Position numbers and translations under genes: made by a program
Origin: an uncultured Pseudomonadales bacterium
GTDB lineage: Bacteria; Pseudomonadota; Gammaproteobacteria; Pseudomonadales; Litorivicinaceae
DNA: 59,596 bases
NCBI GenBank assembly: GCA_964520465.1
Contig: CAZFNA010000001.1
Span: 76,597 to 136,192, forward strand
Direction: 5' to 3'
In this document: one piece after another, positions 19,503-28,343 of the stretch
How positions within the stretch are numbered: the stretch's first letter is position 1
Layout of the letters: each line of letters begins with the position of its first letter
The notes under the pieces: model-generated
Database searches by the model: none
Seen by the model: the letters and a program-made list of their open reading frames with translations, nothing else
What the model was told of the DNA's origin: nothing

Positions 19503-19799
19503 ATGCAAAAACTGCTTCACGCCTTCAAAGCAAATTCATTGTTGCATTTAGTTACAATTTTTGCCGTCTTCGGAGTAACTGGCTCTGCTGCTGTTTTACT
19601 CACAGAACCCGTTCTTCACTATTTTAGTATAAGTTCCGTCACTCTATCACCCTGGTTATATTGGCCACTGCGCGTCCTAATCATCTTCCCAATTTATCAG
19701 TGCTTATTAATCGTTATCGGAACTCTATTCGGACAGTTTCAATACTTTTGGGCTTTTGAGAAAAAATTCTTAAATCGGTTGGGAATTCGGTTACCTTAA
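19503..19799 (+). CDS. Small membrane protein, DUF6787-like
   Basis: IFAVFGVTGS...IIFPIYQCLLIVIGTLFGQFQYFWAFEKKFLNRLG resembles DUF6787 as I recall it. Confidence 0.7.
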   Translation: MQKLLHAFKANSLLHLVTIFAVFGVTGSAAVLLTEPVLHYFSISSVTLSPWLYWPLRVLIIFPIYQCLLIVIGTLFGQFQYFWAFEKKFLNRLGIRLP

Positions 19800-20440
19800 A
19801 TCAATTGGATATTTAGCGGCTCCAACCTGTCTATACTCGCTTTCAATAAATCACCTCGTGAGGCAGCACTAACGCCAGTAGGCGTTATAGTGAAGACTAA
19901 ATCACCACACTTTAATTCTTGGAGGATTGATAAAAATATAATCAACTCAGCGGTTTTGCCGGCCATTTAATTAACGTTATCAGTTTGACGCCGCACATCA
20001 TTTATATCGAGAGTAATAGTCCCCGATTTCATCAATCCAGTGTCTAGTTTTGGGGAAACAACACCCTTCGCGACGGCATCATAAAAATTCGTACTAATGT
20101 CCCAGGGCCGGCCTTTTCCCTGCACTTCAGTCGGCCTATCACGTCGCATAAAATCCAAGCCAACTGCGTACCCGAAGATTGCAGCCTCTGCTTCATTAAG
20201 GGCTAAATTTCTTCCAGCAACCTCGATCATAGTAACTAACTCTGCCTCATGATGGAGCTCGTTAGTGTTAGTCGGATAGCGAACTCCCGGAGCCAAAGCC
20301 AGAGCATCAAAGCTTTTTTGAAAATGAAATGGTCGTTCTCAGTCAACCTCTCCACCCAGTTCCTCCGTATGCTCCTTATAATATTTAGCAATCCAGAAAA
20401 TAAGATTTACTGGCAGCCTACCGCCATCGGTTATTAAAAA
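19796..20440 (-). pseudogene. Fumarylacetoacetate hydrolase family (YcgM-like) pseudogene
   Basis: One frame reads LPVNLIFWIAKYYKEHTEELGGEVD*ERPFHFQKS...LHHEAELV...FGYAVGLDFMRRD...GRPWDIS...NVN*MAGKTAELI...LKCGDLVFTITPTGV. In-frame stops at 20339-20341 and 19967-19969; consensus motifs eroded. Upstream boundary approximate. Confidence 0.85.
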
Positions 20441-20501
20441 TTCTGGATGTATTGGTTAATTCCAATTCATGGGAATCAATAAACCTCGTATACTTCAAAT
20501 A

Positions 20502-20954
20502 ATGAGTAAGTACCAAACCATCAAAACCTTCGACAATTACCCATGTAGTCATCGGCAATGGCAGCATCAAGGCCATTGCCGGTTCATCCACGGCTACTCC
20601 AGAAGCTTTAAACTGACTTTTGGGTGCCAAGTACTAACAGAGTCTGGATTTGGTGTTGATTTTGGCGAATTCTCTGAGATCAGTTTATGGCTAAAGCATT
20701 GGTTCGATCACACAATGTTAATCAATGAAGATGATCCCGAACTGCCTCTCTTCCGCCAACTTCATGATAAAGAGTTACTGGATCTAAGAGTATTGCCTAA
20801 CGTCAGCATGGAAAGTACGGCGGAATTTGTATTTACCTACGTGGATTCTTGGATTAGCAAACAGTCTGGTGGCAGATCGTTTCTGATCGAGGTTGAATGC
20901 AGGGAAAATAATAAGAATGCGGCTATCTATCGTCCTGCTGATCCGAAAGATTGA
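20502..20954 (+). CDS. 6-pyruvoyl-/6-carboxy-tetrahydropterin synthase family (QueD-like T-fold)
   Basis: CSHRQW..GHCRFIHGYSRSF, VDFG, FDHTMLIN, SMESTAEF, ECRENNKNAAIY. ATG 20502 preferred over 20469. Confidence 0.85.
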   Translation: MSKYQTIKTFDNYPCSHRQWQHQGHCRFIHGYSRSFKLTFGCQVLTESGFGVDFGEFSEISLWLKHWFDHTMLINEDDPELPLFRQLHDKELLDLRVLPNVSMESTAEFVFTYVDSWISKQSGGRSFLIEVECRENNKNAAIYRPADPKD

Positions 20955-21157
20955 CTAGAGCTTGTTATTGATTACGCAAATTTTACGCCAGTATAGTCGG
21001 TAGTAATATCCCTTGAACTAATCTCAAGATTAGGCTGCGTTGGCAGGAATAAATTCAGTCTGAACAAACTGCTGGTAGACAACGCTAGGAAAGACCAAGT
21101 AAGCATTATTGAGGTCTTCAATCGCTTTGACAGGATAGTTCAATTGATCTTTTGTGC

Positions 21158-21622
21158 TCAGTTCAGAAAATTCTGCCTGAGTTCGTGAAAACGGCGGACT
21201 CCACGTTCAAAGCTGCGCGTCAAAGCAATCGGTACGTCTCTTCTCTCACACAAATCACGGTATAATCGGCCGGCCAGCATTGGAATTACATTTTCATAGA
21301 AAACATGCTTTCGTCTTTGGTCAACCAATAGCATTTGTCCAAACCGACCCGAATCTAAATAAATTAAAGTCATCGGCCAATCAGCGAGCCACTCTCGATC
21401 AGTCATCCATCCTGTTAAAAATTCATCGAGTCCGACAATCCCAGGAGAACGCTCTCCTCGGCGCATGGTAAACTGCCCCCTCAGTACCAGATAGATATCT
21501 GGAAAATCATCTTCGGCAATCAGAGTTTCTCCGGGGCTCAAATGCTTAACCACCGAATGATCAATCCAATGTCGATATTCTTGTTCAGTCAAAGCCCCAA
21601 GAAATAGCTGTTGTTCAATCAC
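21158..21622 (-). CDS. Divergent cyclic-nucleotide-binding-domain protein of the type associated with NHLM bacteriocin transporters
   Basis: FLGALTEQEYRHW...LSPGETLIAEDDFPDIYLVLRGQF, FYENVIPMLAGRL, C-terminal GVRRFHELRQ. Likely GTG start at 21622, 7 nt after GGGAG and overlapping the upstream stop (ORF track start 21703). Confidence 0.65.
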   Translation of the reverse strand: MIEQQLFLGALTEQEYRHWIDHSVVKHLSPGETLIAEDDFPDIYLVLRGQFTMRRGERSPGIVGLDEFLTGWMTDREWLADWPMTLIYLDSGRFGQMLLVDQRRKHVFYENVIPMLAGRLYRDLCERRDVPIALTRSFERGVRRFHELRQNFLN

Positions 21623-23447
21623 GGGCAATCTCCCAATGAATTGAGGCATGACCTTTAAAAAGACCATTGCTATCCACGACAAATCGAGTGCCCGAACGCT
21701 CAACCAAACTTTGTATCACATGCTCACGCGCCTTATAGCTAAGTCCAACTAACCAGTTATCAAGCCACATAATTTGTCCCTGTCTGGACAAGGCTCTTGC
21801 GAGCTTTAGCCGGTTTAAGCCATGCGGGCCAGCCATACTTTGTAGCGCGCCCAGGGGGGCGTCTAATCGTTTATTCAACACTTCTATCCAGCGACTGGCG
21901 GACAGTGCATGTAAATGCATTTCAAGTCTAGATGGCTCCATGCCAGGATCAATGAACAACCATTCACCAACTGTAGAGACCTCATGTTCGCGGGGATGAT
22001 CGAGCATGACTATCGAATGCAGCAATAATTGTGGATCAATTCTCGCAATATCCATCCCTCCAATACTCACCACACCACGTTCTGGTGAGACTTGTCGGGT
22101 CAGTAGATGTTTTAAAGTCGATAAGCCTGTTCCCCCCACCGCTGTAATACGAACTAAACTGTCATCCGTACAGTGGAAGTTCAATTGATCGAAAAGAGGT
22201 CGGTCACCGGCGTGTCGACGATATACAATCCCTTGATAGTGGACATCGCCACTCAAATATAAGGGCTGGGTTGGGGAACGTCCAGTTTCTGGAGTCCTTG
22301 TCTCTATAGTGATTGGCATCGCAGCTCGCAAACGCTCAAGTAATATGACAGCCGCAAGTGCCAATCCCGTCAATACAATTGGGCGATCATTGTCAGTTGA
22401 AGCAATTGCTGGAATCACTAGACTTGCCGCGATCACTGAACGGCTAAAACGACTATACTCCGCTACTAATTCAATGCGCGCTATCACCCACTGTCTAGCT
22501 TGATCCCATACTTCCACAACTCGAGCTCTAACTGATGGGACGCCATCATGAGCTAATCTTAGCGATAGCCAACGCATCGGTTTATCTATCGCTGGTAGAC
22601 CAGGTAAAAGATGCCTGACATAAACCCAATAAGCTCCCGCAATAAGACTTCCAGAAAAAAACAAAGAAATTGCCAAAACGGGGGCTTCAAACAATAAAAT
22701 TAGCGTCGTCATCAAAAGCGCCGATGAAATTCCAACCAACCGAACGTTTTTATATAAAGACGCAAAATAATGGATAATCCAAGTAAAGCAGCTAATGAAG
22801 CCAAGGCAACCCGCGGCCACTAGACCATAATGAAAACTTAGAGAAAAGCCTGCTGCCTCCATGGCGATCAAAGCACCAAGCCAGTTAACAACTGATAAGA
22901 TCGATAACATAGCCACCATCGATAAAATCCAGATTAAGTGCTGATCTTCTCGTGGCAAATCACGTTCAACAGTCTCTCGCCGAATCTTATCAATGATTAA
23001 AGGCGTTGCTACATCTGGTGACATAGGCTTTTTGCTAAGAATAGCTCGGTCGATTGACTCACCAACCCACGATCTAAAACTTGGCTGCGCCAACTTTACA
23101 TTCCAGTCAACCAGATGGTCGTCTATACCTGCCACTGACATCATTTCACGAATTGGCTGAATTAGTTGACTGCGTCCAAGATCACCTAATCTTGGCACTA
23201 ACCCCAAAGGCAAACGACTCTCAAACGAAATTGGACTATCTGCAACTAACTGCACCCTTAAATACTCAGATTCGGGGACAGCAAACCAACCTGATTCAGG
23301 TACAGACATTTCACCCACCAGTTCGTTTGAAACCATAACCAACAAACGCGCTTTTCCATCTTTGACTTGCCATAAACGATCGCGAGCAAGGCCTACTGAA
23401 ACCTGCCCTTCTTTCAAGTAGAACGTTTTTGGATTAGTCGAGGTCAA
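21615..23447 (-). CDS. Degenerate ABC exporter (TMD + pseudo-NBD), NHLM ABC2-like
   Basis: About 6 TM segments, then LSGDVHYQGIVYRR..PLFDQLNF..VRITAVGGTGLSTLKHLL..PERGVVSIGGMDI and RLKLARALSRQGQIMWLDN. Likely TTG start at 23447 after GGAGG (ORF track start 23489). Confidence 0.72.
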   Translation of the reverse strand: MTSTNPKTFYLKEGQVSVGLARDRLWQVKDGKARLLVMVSNELVGEMSVPESGWFAVPESEYLRVQLVADSPISFESRLPLGLVPRLGDLGRSQLIQPIREMMSVAGIDDHLVDWNVKLAQPSFRSWVGESIDRAILSKKPMSPDVATPLIIDKIRRETVERDLPREDQHLIWILSMVAMLSILSVVNWLGALIAMEAAGFSLSFHYGLVAAGCLGFISCFTWIIHYFASLYKNVRLVGISSALLMTTLILLFEAPVLAISLFFSGSLIAGAYWVYVRHLLPGLPAIDKPMRWLSLRLAHDGVPSVRARVVEVWDQARQWVIARIELVAEYSRFSRSVIAASLVIPAIASTDNDRPIVLTGLALAAVILLERLRAAMPITIETRTPETGRSPTQPLYLSGDVHYQGIVYRRHAGDRPLFDQLNFHCTDDSLVRITAVGGTGLSTLKHLLTRQVSPERGVVSIGGMDIARIDPQLLLHSIVMLDHPREHEVSTVGEWLFIDPGMEPSRLEMHLHALSASRWIEVLNKRLDAPLGALQSMAGPHGLNRLKLARALSRQGQIMWLDNWLVGLSYKAREHVIQSLVERSGTRFVVDSNGLFKGHASIHWEIARD

Positions 23448-24663
23448 TAATGTCACCCTCCCACAAGTCTGACACACTGGAATACACAAACACTCGACAA
23501 TTCGCAGAAACTAAACGATTAAGGAGATCTAGTTGTCGACTAGCGGACAAAGGAGCCAAAGAATCTACCAAGATCAAGGTATCAGCTCCCTGAGCTAAAG
23601 CCCTGGCTATCTGCAGAGCTGAAGCTTCAGATGACGATAACCCCTGATTATGCAGTCCTATTTGATAGTTGAGCGATCCACCAAATCGCTCGCGCCAATG
23701 ATCAAACCCAATAAGATCCATCAGATTACCAAAATGGTATTCGCCCTCTTCACTAGCGTCCCAAGCAAAATTACTTCGCAAGGTTCCCGGCAAGAATTCT
23801 CCTTCAGGACCTAGAACCGTGATTGGCTGACCATTTCGAACCAATTCTTCACTGGCCGCCAATAATATTTCTGGCATTTCAGTCCTCACCACATGAATTC
23901 CTACCCCTCTGACGTCTAGCAAGTATTGAAGCTGGCCCATCATAAACCGAGGGATCCTCTCAGACCGAATTCTTGGATTTAAAGTTAAGGCTTTTGCTTG
24001 TTTAAAGTGCCGAGTTGGCATCAGATCAAGACATAAAAATCCGATACCAACAGCCATGATTAAGGGTGGCAGTTCCAAGACCATATTCAACAAAGCTATC
24101 CCAACGATTGTTGCGACTGCCAGTATTCGACCTCCCACGTTACGAGATAATCGTGGAATCCAATCGGGTGCCATAACATCCAGAGCTGCTTCTAGGTCAT
24201 CCCATTGTGCGCGGTGAATGAGAGTGATTGACGTATAGGTTGTCGATGCCAGTATAAGCGCTGCCAGAATCCAAAGCGGAGCCATAGATGAAGTGTCTAC
24301 CTGGGCAAGAATGCTGACGAGCATTACCAATAGCAAGCGCGCCATGACAATAAGAGTTAAGGCAAACCACTGAGTGGTAGCGTCATAATCAGGCTTTGGT
24401 GCTTCAAGAATGTACCCGCCAATCGCAAACATTTTACGCCACCTAGCCACGCATAGGTTTGAGTCTCCGTCCACACTAGCTACCCATCCAAAAATCTGGA
24501 AGCGAACTGTCTGTAAAAGCCCAATTTGATCAACGAATACAGAACCAGCGACAGGTGGCTTGACACGACGTTCTTTGAGCTGATAACCCAAATCTCTTGC
24601 CTCGTCGACAACGGCCTCAAATGATGCGCCAGTTGCCACAAGACCATCGAGGATTATTGTCAT
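23434..24663 (-). CDS. Degenerate peptidase-containing ABC exporter (C39-like remnant + short TMD + partial NBD), NHLM ABC1-like
   Basis: N-terminal GASFEAVVDEARDLGYQLK, about 4 TM segments, FLPGTLRSNF..WD, GGSLNYQIG...LSSSEASALQIARALAQGADTLILVD. ATGA overlap with upstream gene. Confidence 0.68.
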   Translation of the reverse strand: MTIILDGLVATGASFEAVVDEARDLGYQLKERRVKPPVAGSVFVDQIGLLQTVRFQIFGWVASVDGDSNLCVARWRKMFAIGGYILEAPKPDYDATTQWFALTLIVMARLLLVMLVSILAQVDTSSMAPLWILAALILASTTYTSITLIHRAQWDDLEAALDVMAPDWIPRLSRNVGGRILAVATIVGIALLNMVLELPPLIMAVGIGFLCLDLMPTRHFKQAKALTLNPRIRSERIPRFMMGQLQYLLDVRGVGIHVVRTEMPEILLAASEELVRNGQPITVLGPEGEFLPGTLRSNFAWDASEEGEYHFGNLMDLIGFDHWRERFGGSLNYQIGLHNQGLSSSEASALQIARALAQGADTLILVDSLAPLSASRQLDLLNRLVSANCRVFVYSSVSDLWEGDIIDLD

Positions 24664-25166
24664 GGATCTAAACTACGCCCTAGTAATTCCAGTAGCCGAA
24701 CTCGCCCGCTAATTACTGTTACATCACAATGTTCTCCCGGAACCGGAATACTAGTCCCTGCCTCTGTCACAACCTGCTGTAATCTAACCCTTTGCTTAAA
24801 CAGACGTTCGGCGAGTAATCGACTACCAACCCAGTCACGGATGTCCTGGACTGACAATACATCTCCAGCTTGAGTGTAAATCTGCCCCTCCAAAATGATG
24901 TCCTCACAATTTACTTTTACGGGTTCGCCCAACGCCCGTGATTTAAGTGCCGAGGGAATGAATAAGGCTATTTCAGCACGCGCCGCACTACCGAGGCCTC
25001 TGTGCGACGTTACAACGCCAAGTGTATTTGCTGTATCTGCAATGCGAACTGCCCACAAGCTAATAACCCAGATGACAACTAAAAGTGTTACAAAAGGCCA
25101 TAACCACCACATACGACGCGGCAAGCCTAATCCATCGGTTTCTGACGGCAGTATTTCTCCAGCCAT
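24660..25166 (-). CDS. Truncated HlyD-like membrane-anchored adaptor, NHLM secretion-protein-like
   Basis: One N-terminal TM (WWLWPFVTLLVVIWVISLWAVRI), then EIALFIPS, GQIY..DIRDWVGSRLLAERLF, PGEHCDVTVISGRVRLLELL. ATG 25166 after AAGGA. Confidence 0.6.
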   Translation of the reverse strand: MAGEILPSETDGLGLPRRMWWLWPFVTLLVVIWVISLWAVRIADTANTLGVVTSHRGLGSAARAEIALFIPSALKSRALGEPVKVNCEDIILEGQIYTQAGDVLSVQDIRDWVGSRLLAERLFKQRVRLQQVVTEAGTSIPVPGEHCDVTVISGRVRLLELLGRSLDP

Positions 25167-25175
25167 GAACAATCC

Positions 25176-25586
25176 TTAAAAGGTAGTTTTTAGTTGGCTG
25201 ACAACATACCGAAATTTCAATCTAGCCGCCTCGACATCAGCTAAACCGAGGGCGTCGGGTTGCGCTAATCTTGACTCTGCAGACATTGCAACCGCAATGG
25301 CTACACTCCAGAGAGTCTTATGTTGTCGCGTCAGCGGCAATTCCAAACCCCAAACCGGTGTCGTCACTTTCCACTGGGCATATTGGTCAACTTCCAGATA
25401 CCACTCGGATAGTCCTAGTAATGCACCGCTGCCACGCAAATGGCCACGACACTCTAGTTGTCCATCCAATATCAATATAGGCCTAGGAAAAAATACATCA
25501 ACTTCAGGATCGAAATATATGCCCTCAGCATGATCAACGATCCATTTAAGATCTTGGTTTTCTAAGTGTGCGATCCATGGATTCAT
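25176..25586 (-). CDS. Divergent cyclic-nucleotide-binding-domain protein (first gene of the five-gene operon)
   Basis: LENQDLKWIVDH, ILILDGQL, GSGALLGL, C-terminal DVEAARLKFRYVVSQL; similar layout to 21158-21622. Confidence 0.55.
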   Translation of the reverse strand: MNPWIAHLENQDLKWIVDHAEGIYFDPEVDVFFPRPILILDGQLECRGHLRGSGALLGLSEWYLEVDQYAQWKVTTPVWGLELPLTRQHKTLWSVAIAVAMSAESRLAQPDALGLADVEAARLKFRYVVSQLKTTF

Positions 25587-25676
25587 TGAGCTTTCTCGAG
25601 CACAGTATATCTATTGTAAGATCTGGGTATCCACAATACGAAACTCACAATCAAAACGAGAAATTTTTTCATCTGC

Positions 25677-27191
25677 TTATTCCTGAGGACGCATTGCCGG
25701 AAACAAAATTACATCACGGATCGAATGCTGTTCGGCCAAGAACATCACCAACCTATCAATCCCAATTCCTTCACCCGCCGTCGGTGGCAATCCGTACTCT
25801 AATGCACGAACATAATCGTTATCAAAGAACATAGCTTCTTTGTCGCCATCTGCTTTTTGTTCTGCCTGCGCCCGGAAGCGCTCGGCTTGATCTTCCGCAT
25901 CATTAAGCTCACTGAATCCATTTGCCAATTCTCGGCCTCCAATGAAAAATTCGAAACGATCGGTCACAAAAGGATTTTTATCATTCCGACGCGCCAGCGG
26001 ACTTACCTCAGCAGGATATTCAGTAATAAATGTTGGGTGCATTAACTGCTCTTCAGCCTCAGCCTCAAAAATTTCGATTTGGATTTTACCAAGTCCCCAG
26101 GAGGATTCTATTTTGAGGCCGAGATTTTGCGCGAGCGAAGTAGCTTTTTCTAGGTCATTTAAATTATCTGCTGTCGCATGATTACAATGCTTCAATATAG
26201 CCTCTTGCAAAGTCATCTGATGAAACGGATAATCTAGATTAACTACTGAACCATCTTCGAGCGCAAACGTCGTTTTACAACAAACTTTAGTTGCCACTTC
26301 TCGTATCAGCAATTCTGTGGTCCTAATCAGTTCTTGGTAGTCCACATATGCCCAATAAAATTCAAGCATCGTAAATTCTGGGTTGTGGCGGGTTGATAAG
26401 CCTTCGTTCCTAAAGTTCCGATTGATTTCAAAAACACGCTCAAAACCCCCGACAACCAGACGCTTAAGGTATAACTCAGGTGCAATTCGAAGATACATAT
26501 CAATATCGAGTGCATTATGATGAGTTACGAACGGGCGCGCAGTCGCTCCTCCAGGAATCACTTGTAACATTGGTGTTTCTACTTCCAAGAAGTCTCGAGA
26601 TTCAAAGAATTGACGAATCGACGCAATGACTTTAGAGCGAAGAGTAAACACTTTGCGCGTCTCATCATTGGTCATTAGATCTAGGTAACGTTGGCGATAT
26701 CGAAGCTCGGTATCAGTCAAGCCTTTATGCTTGTCAGGCAGTGGACGAAGCGATTTAGTTAACAATTTGAGTTCCGTTAAATGAACGGATAATTCTCCAG
26801 TATTGGTTTTGAACAGCACCCCATGACCACCAACAATATCCCCTAAATCCCACGTTTTAAAATCATCGTAGATGCCTTCGGGAAGGTCTTCTTTTCTAGC
26901 GTACAACTGAATGCGTCCACTAACATCTTGAATAGTCAAAAAGCTGGCTTTTCCCATAATTCGACGCAGCATGATTCGACCACATACCGCGACTTCAACA
27001 ACTAATTCAGCTAATGCATTTTTTTCTGTTTCCCCATGCACCTTCATCAATTCAGATGCCACATGTGTTCTGCGAAAATCATTTGGAAATGCAGGTCCAT
27101 TTTTAGCTCGAATGAGCGATAGTTTTCTCTGCCGCTCTGCGATTAGCTGGTTCTCATCCCCCTCCACTTCGGGAGTCTTTGGTTCGGTCAT
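25677..27191 (-). CDS. lysS: Lysine--tRNA ligase (class II)
   Basis: [61 protein letters not shown]. Confidence 0.98.
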   Translation of the reverse strand: MTEPKTPEVEGDENQLIAERQRKLSLIRAKNGPAFPNDFRRTHVASELMKVHGETEKNALAELVVEVAVCGRIMLRRIMGKASFLTIQDVSGRIQLYARKEDLPEGIYDDFKTWDLGDIVGGHGVLFKTNTGELSVHLTELKLLTKSLRPLPDKHKGLTDTELRYRQRYLDLMTNDETRKVFTLRSKVIASIRQFFESRDFLEVETPMLQVIPGGATARPFVTHHNALDIDMYLRIAPELYLKRLVVGGFERVFEINRNFRNEGLSTRHNPEFTMLEFYWAYVDYQELIRTTELLIREVATKVCCKTTFALEDGSVVNLDYPFHQMTLQEAILKHCNHATADNLNDLEKATSLAQNLGLKIESSWGLGKIQIEIFEAEAEEQLMHPTFITEYPAEVSPLARRNDKNPFVTDRFEFFIGGRELANGFSELNDAEDQAERFRAQAEQKADGDKEAMFFDNDYVRALEYGLPPTAGEGIGIDRLVMFLAEQHSIRDVILFPAMRPQE

Positions 27192-28286
27192 TACAGTCCC
27201 TGTTTTAAACTTTCTTCTATAAACGGATCCAGCGCACCATCAAGTACAGCCTGCGTATTTGACGACTCCACACTGGTTCTCAAATCTTTAATTCGGCTTG
27301 AATCTAAAACATATGATCGGATTTGACTACCCCACCCGATATCTGCCTTAGAGTCTTCGAGCGTCTGTGCTTCAGCACGACGTGCGTCCATCTCACGCTC
27401 ATATAATTTGGCACGCAGCTGCTTCATAGCGAAATCTTTATTTTGATGTTGTGAACGTTGGCTTTGACATTGCACCACAACATTCGTGGGCTCATGAGTA
27501 ATCCGCACTGCAGAATCGGTTCGATTCACATGCTGACCACCGGCCCCTGATGCTCGATATGTATCTATCCTCAAATCAGACGGATTAATTTCAATTTCTA
27601 CGCTGTCGTCAATTTCTGGTGAAACAAAGACTGAAGAAAATGAAGTGTGGCGTCTTGAGCCGGAGTCGAACGGACTCTTTCTTACGAGCCGGTGAACTCC
27701 AGTCTCTGTACGCAGCCAACCATAAGCATATTCTCCTCGCACATGGATGGTTGCGCTTTTTATCCCCGCCACTTCTCCCTCAGAGACCTCGAGCACCTCT
27801 AATTTAAAACCTTTCCTTTCAGCCCAGCGTAGGTACATACGAAGTAACATATTCGCCCAATCCTGAGCCTCTGTCCCACCAGATCCTGCTTGGATATCTA
27901 CATAACAATTATTGCCGTCAACTTCACCCGAAAACATACGCCGAAATTCCAGACCAGACAAAAGAATTCCAAGCCGCCCAAGCTCTTCATCGATCTCAAC
28001 CAAGCCATCCTCATCTCGTTCTTCGAGAAGCATCTTAGTCAATTCTTTCTGATCGGAGAGACTTTGATCGAGCTGATCAATGGTATTAACAACCGCTTCT
28101 AAGCTCGCTCTTTCACGGCCTAAATCTTGTGCTTTAGAAGGATCGTTCCAAATATTTGGGTCTTCAAGTTCTAAATTTACTTCATCAAGCTGCTCGCGTT
28201 TAGCATCGTAGTCAAAGATACCCCCTCAGCACGTCGGTGCGCGCTTCCAAGTCAGCCATCGTTGCATTACGAGCATTAATTTCCAT
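27191..28286 (-). CDS. prfB: Peptide chain release factor 2 (programmed +1 frameshift after codon 24)
   Basis: ATG 28286 [24 protein letters not shown] then CTT-TGA-C; the +1 frame ([12 protein letters not shown]...) is continuous with ORF 27191-28042, which carries SPF and GGQ motifs. Confidence 0.97.
28211..28226 (-). other. RF2 autoregulatory frameshift site AGGGGG-TAT-CTT-TGA-C
   Basis: Internal Shine-Dalgarno-like AGGGGG 3 nt before the slippery CTT TGA C; matches the established prfB signal. Confidence 0.97.
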
Positions 28287-28314
28287 GAACTATCTCAATC
28301 AATAAAAAATTTAG

Positions 28315-28343
28315 ATTCTACAGAATCTCTGGCCTCTCGTCAG
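28315..28343 (-). promoter_or_regulatory. Putative sigma70 promoter of prfB-lysS
   Basis: CTGACG-N17-TAGAAT on the minus strand; palindrome AGATTCT-AC-AGAATCT (28313-28328) overlaps the -10. Confidence 0.45.

Noticed and set aside
19379-19627. Short alternative-frame or antisense ORFs in the track (this one, 20418-20630, 57360-57545 and many inside long genes)
   Set aside because: No recognisable motifs; most overlap well-supported genes.
20972-21106. 44-aa minus-strand ORF (MLTWSFLALSTSS...) just downstream of the NHLM-like operon as a candidate precursor peptide
   Set aside because: No clear RBS, no double-glycine or NHLP/Nif11-like leader, no Cys-rich core; compatible with a chance ORF.
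21158-25586. Calling the five-gene operon a functional bacteriocin cluster, or calling it pseudogenes
   Set aside because: No precursor, maturase or intact ATPase/peptidase motifs support the first. No stops or frameshifts, and preserved gene coupling, argue against the second.
25627-25635. DnaA-box-like GTATCCACA upstream of the operon
   Set aside because: Single box with one mismatch; expected by chance, no cluster.
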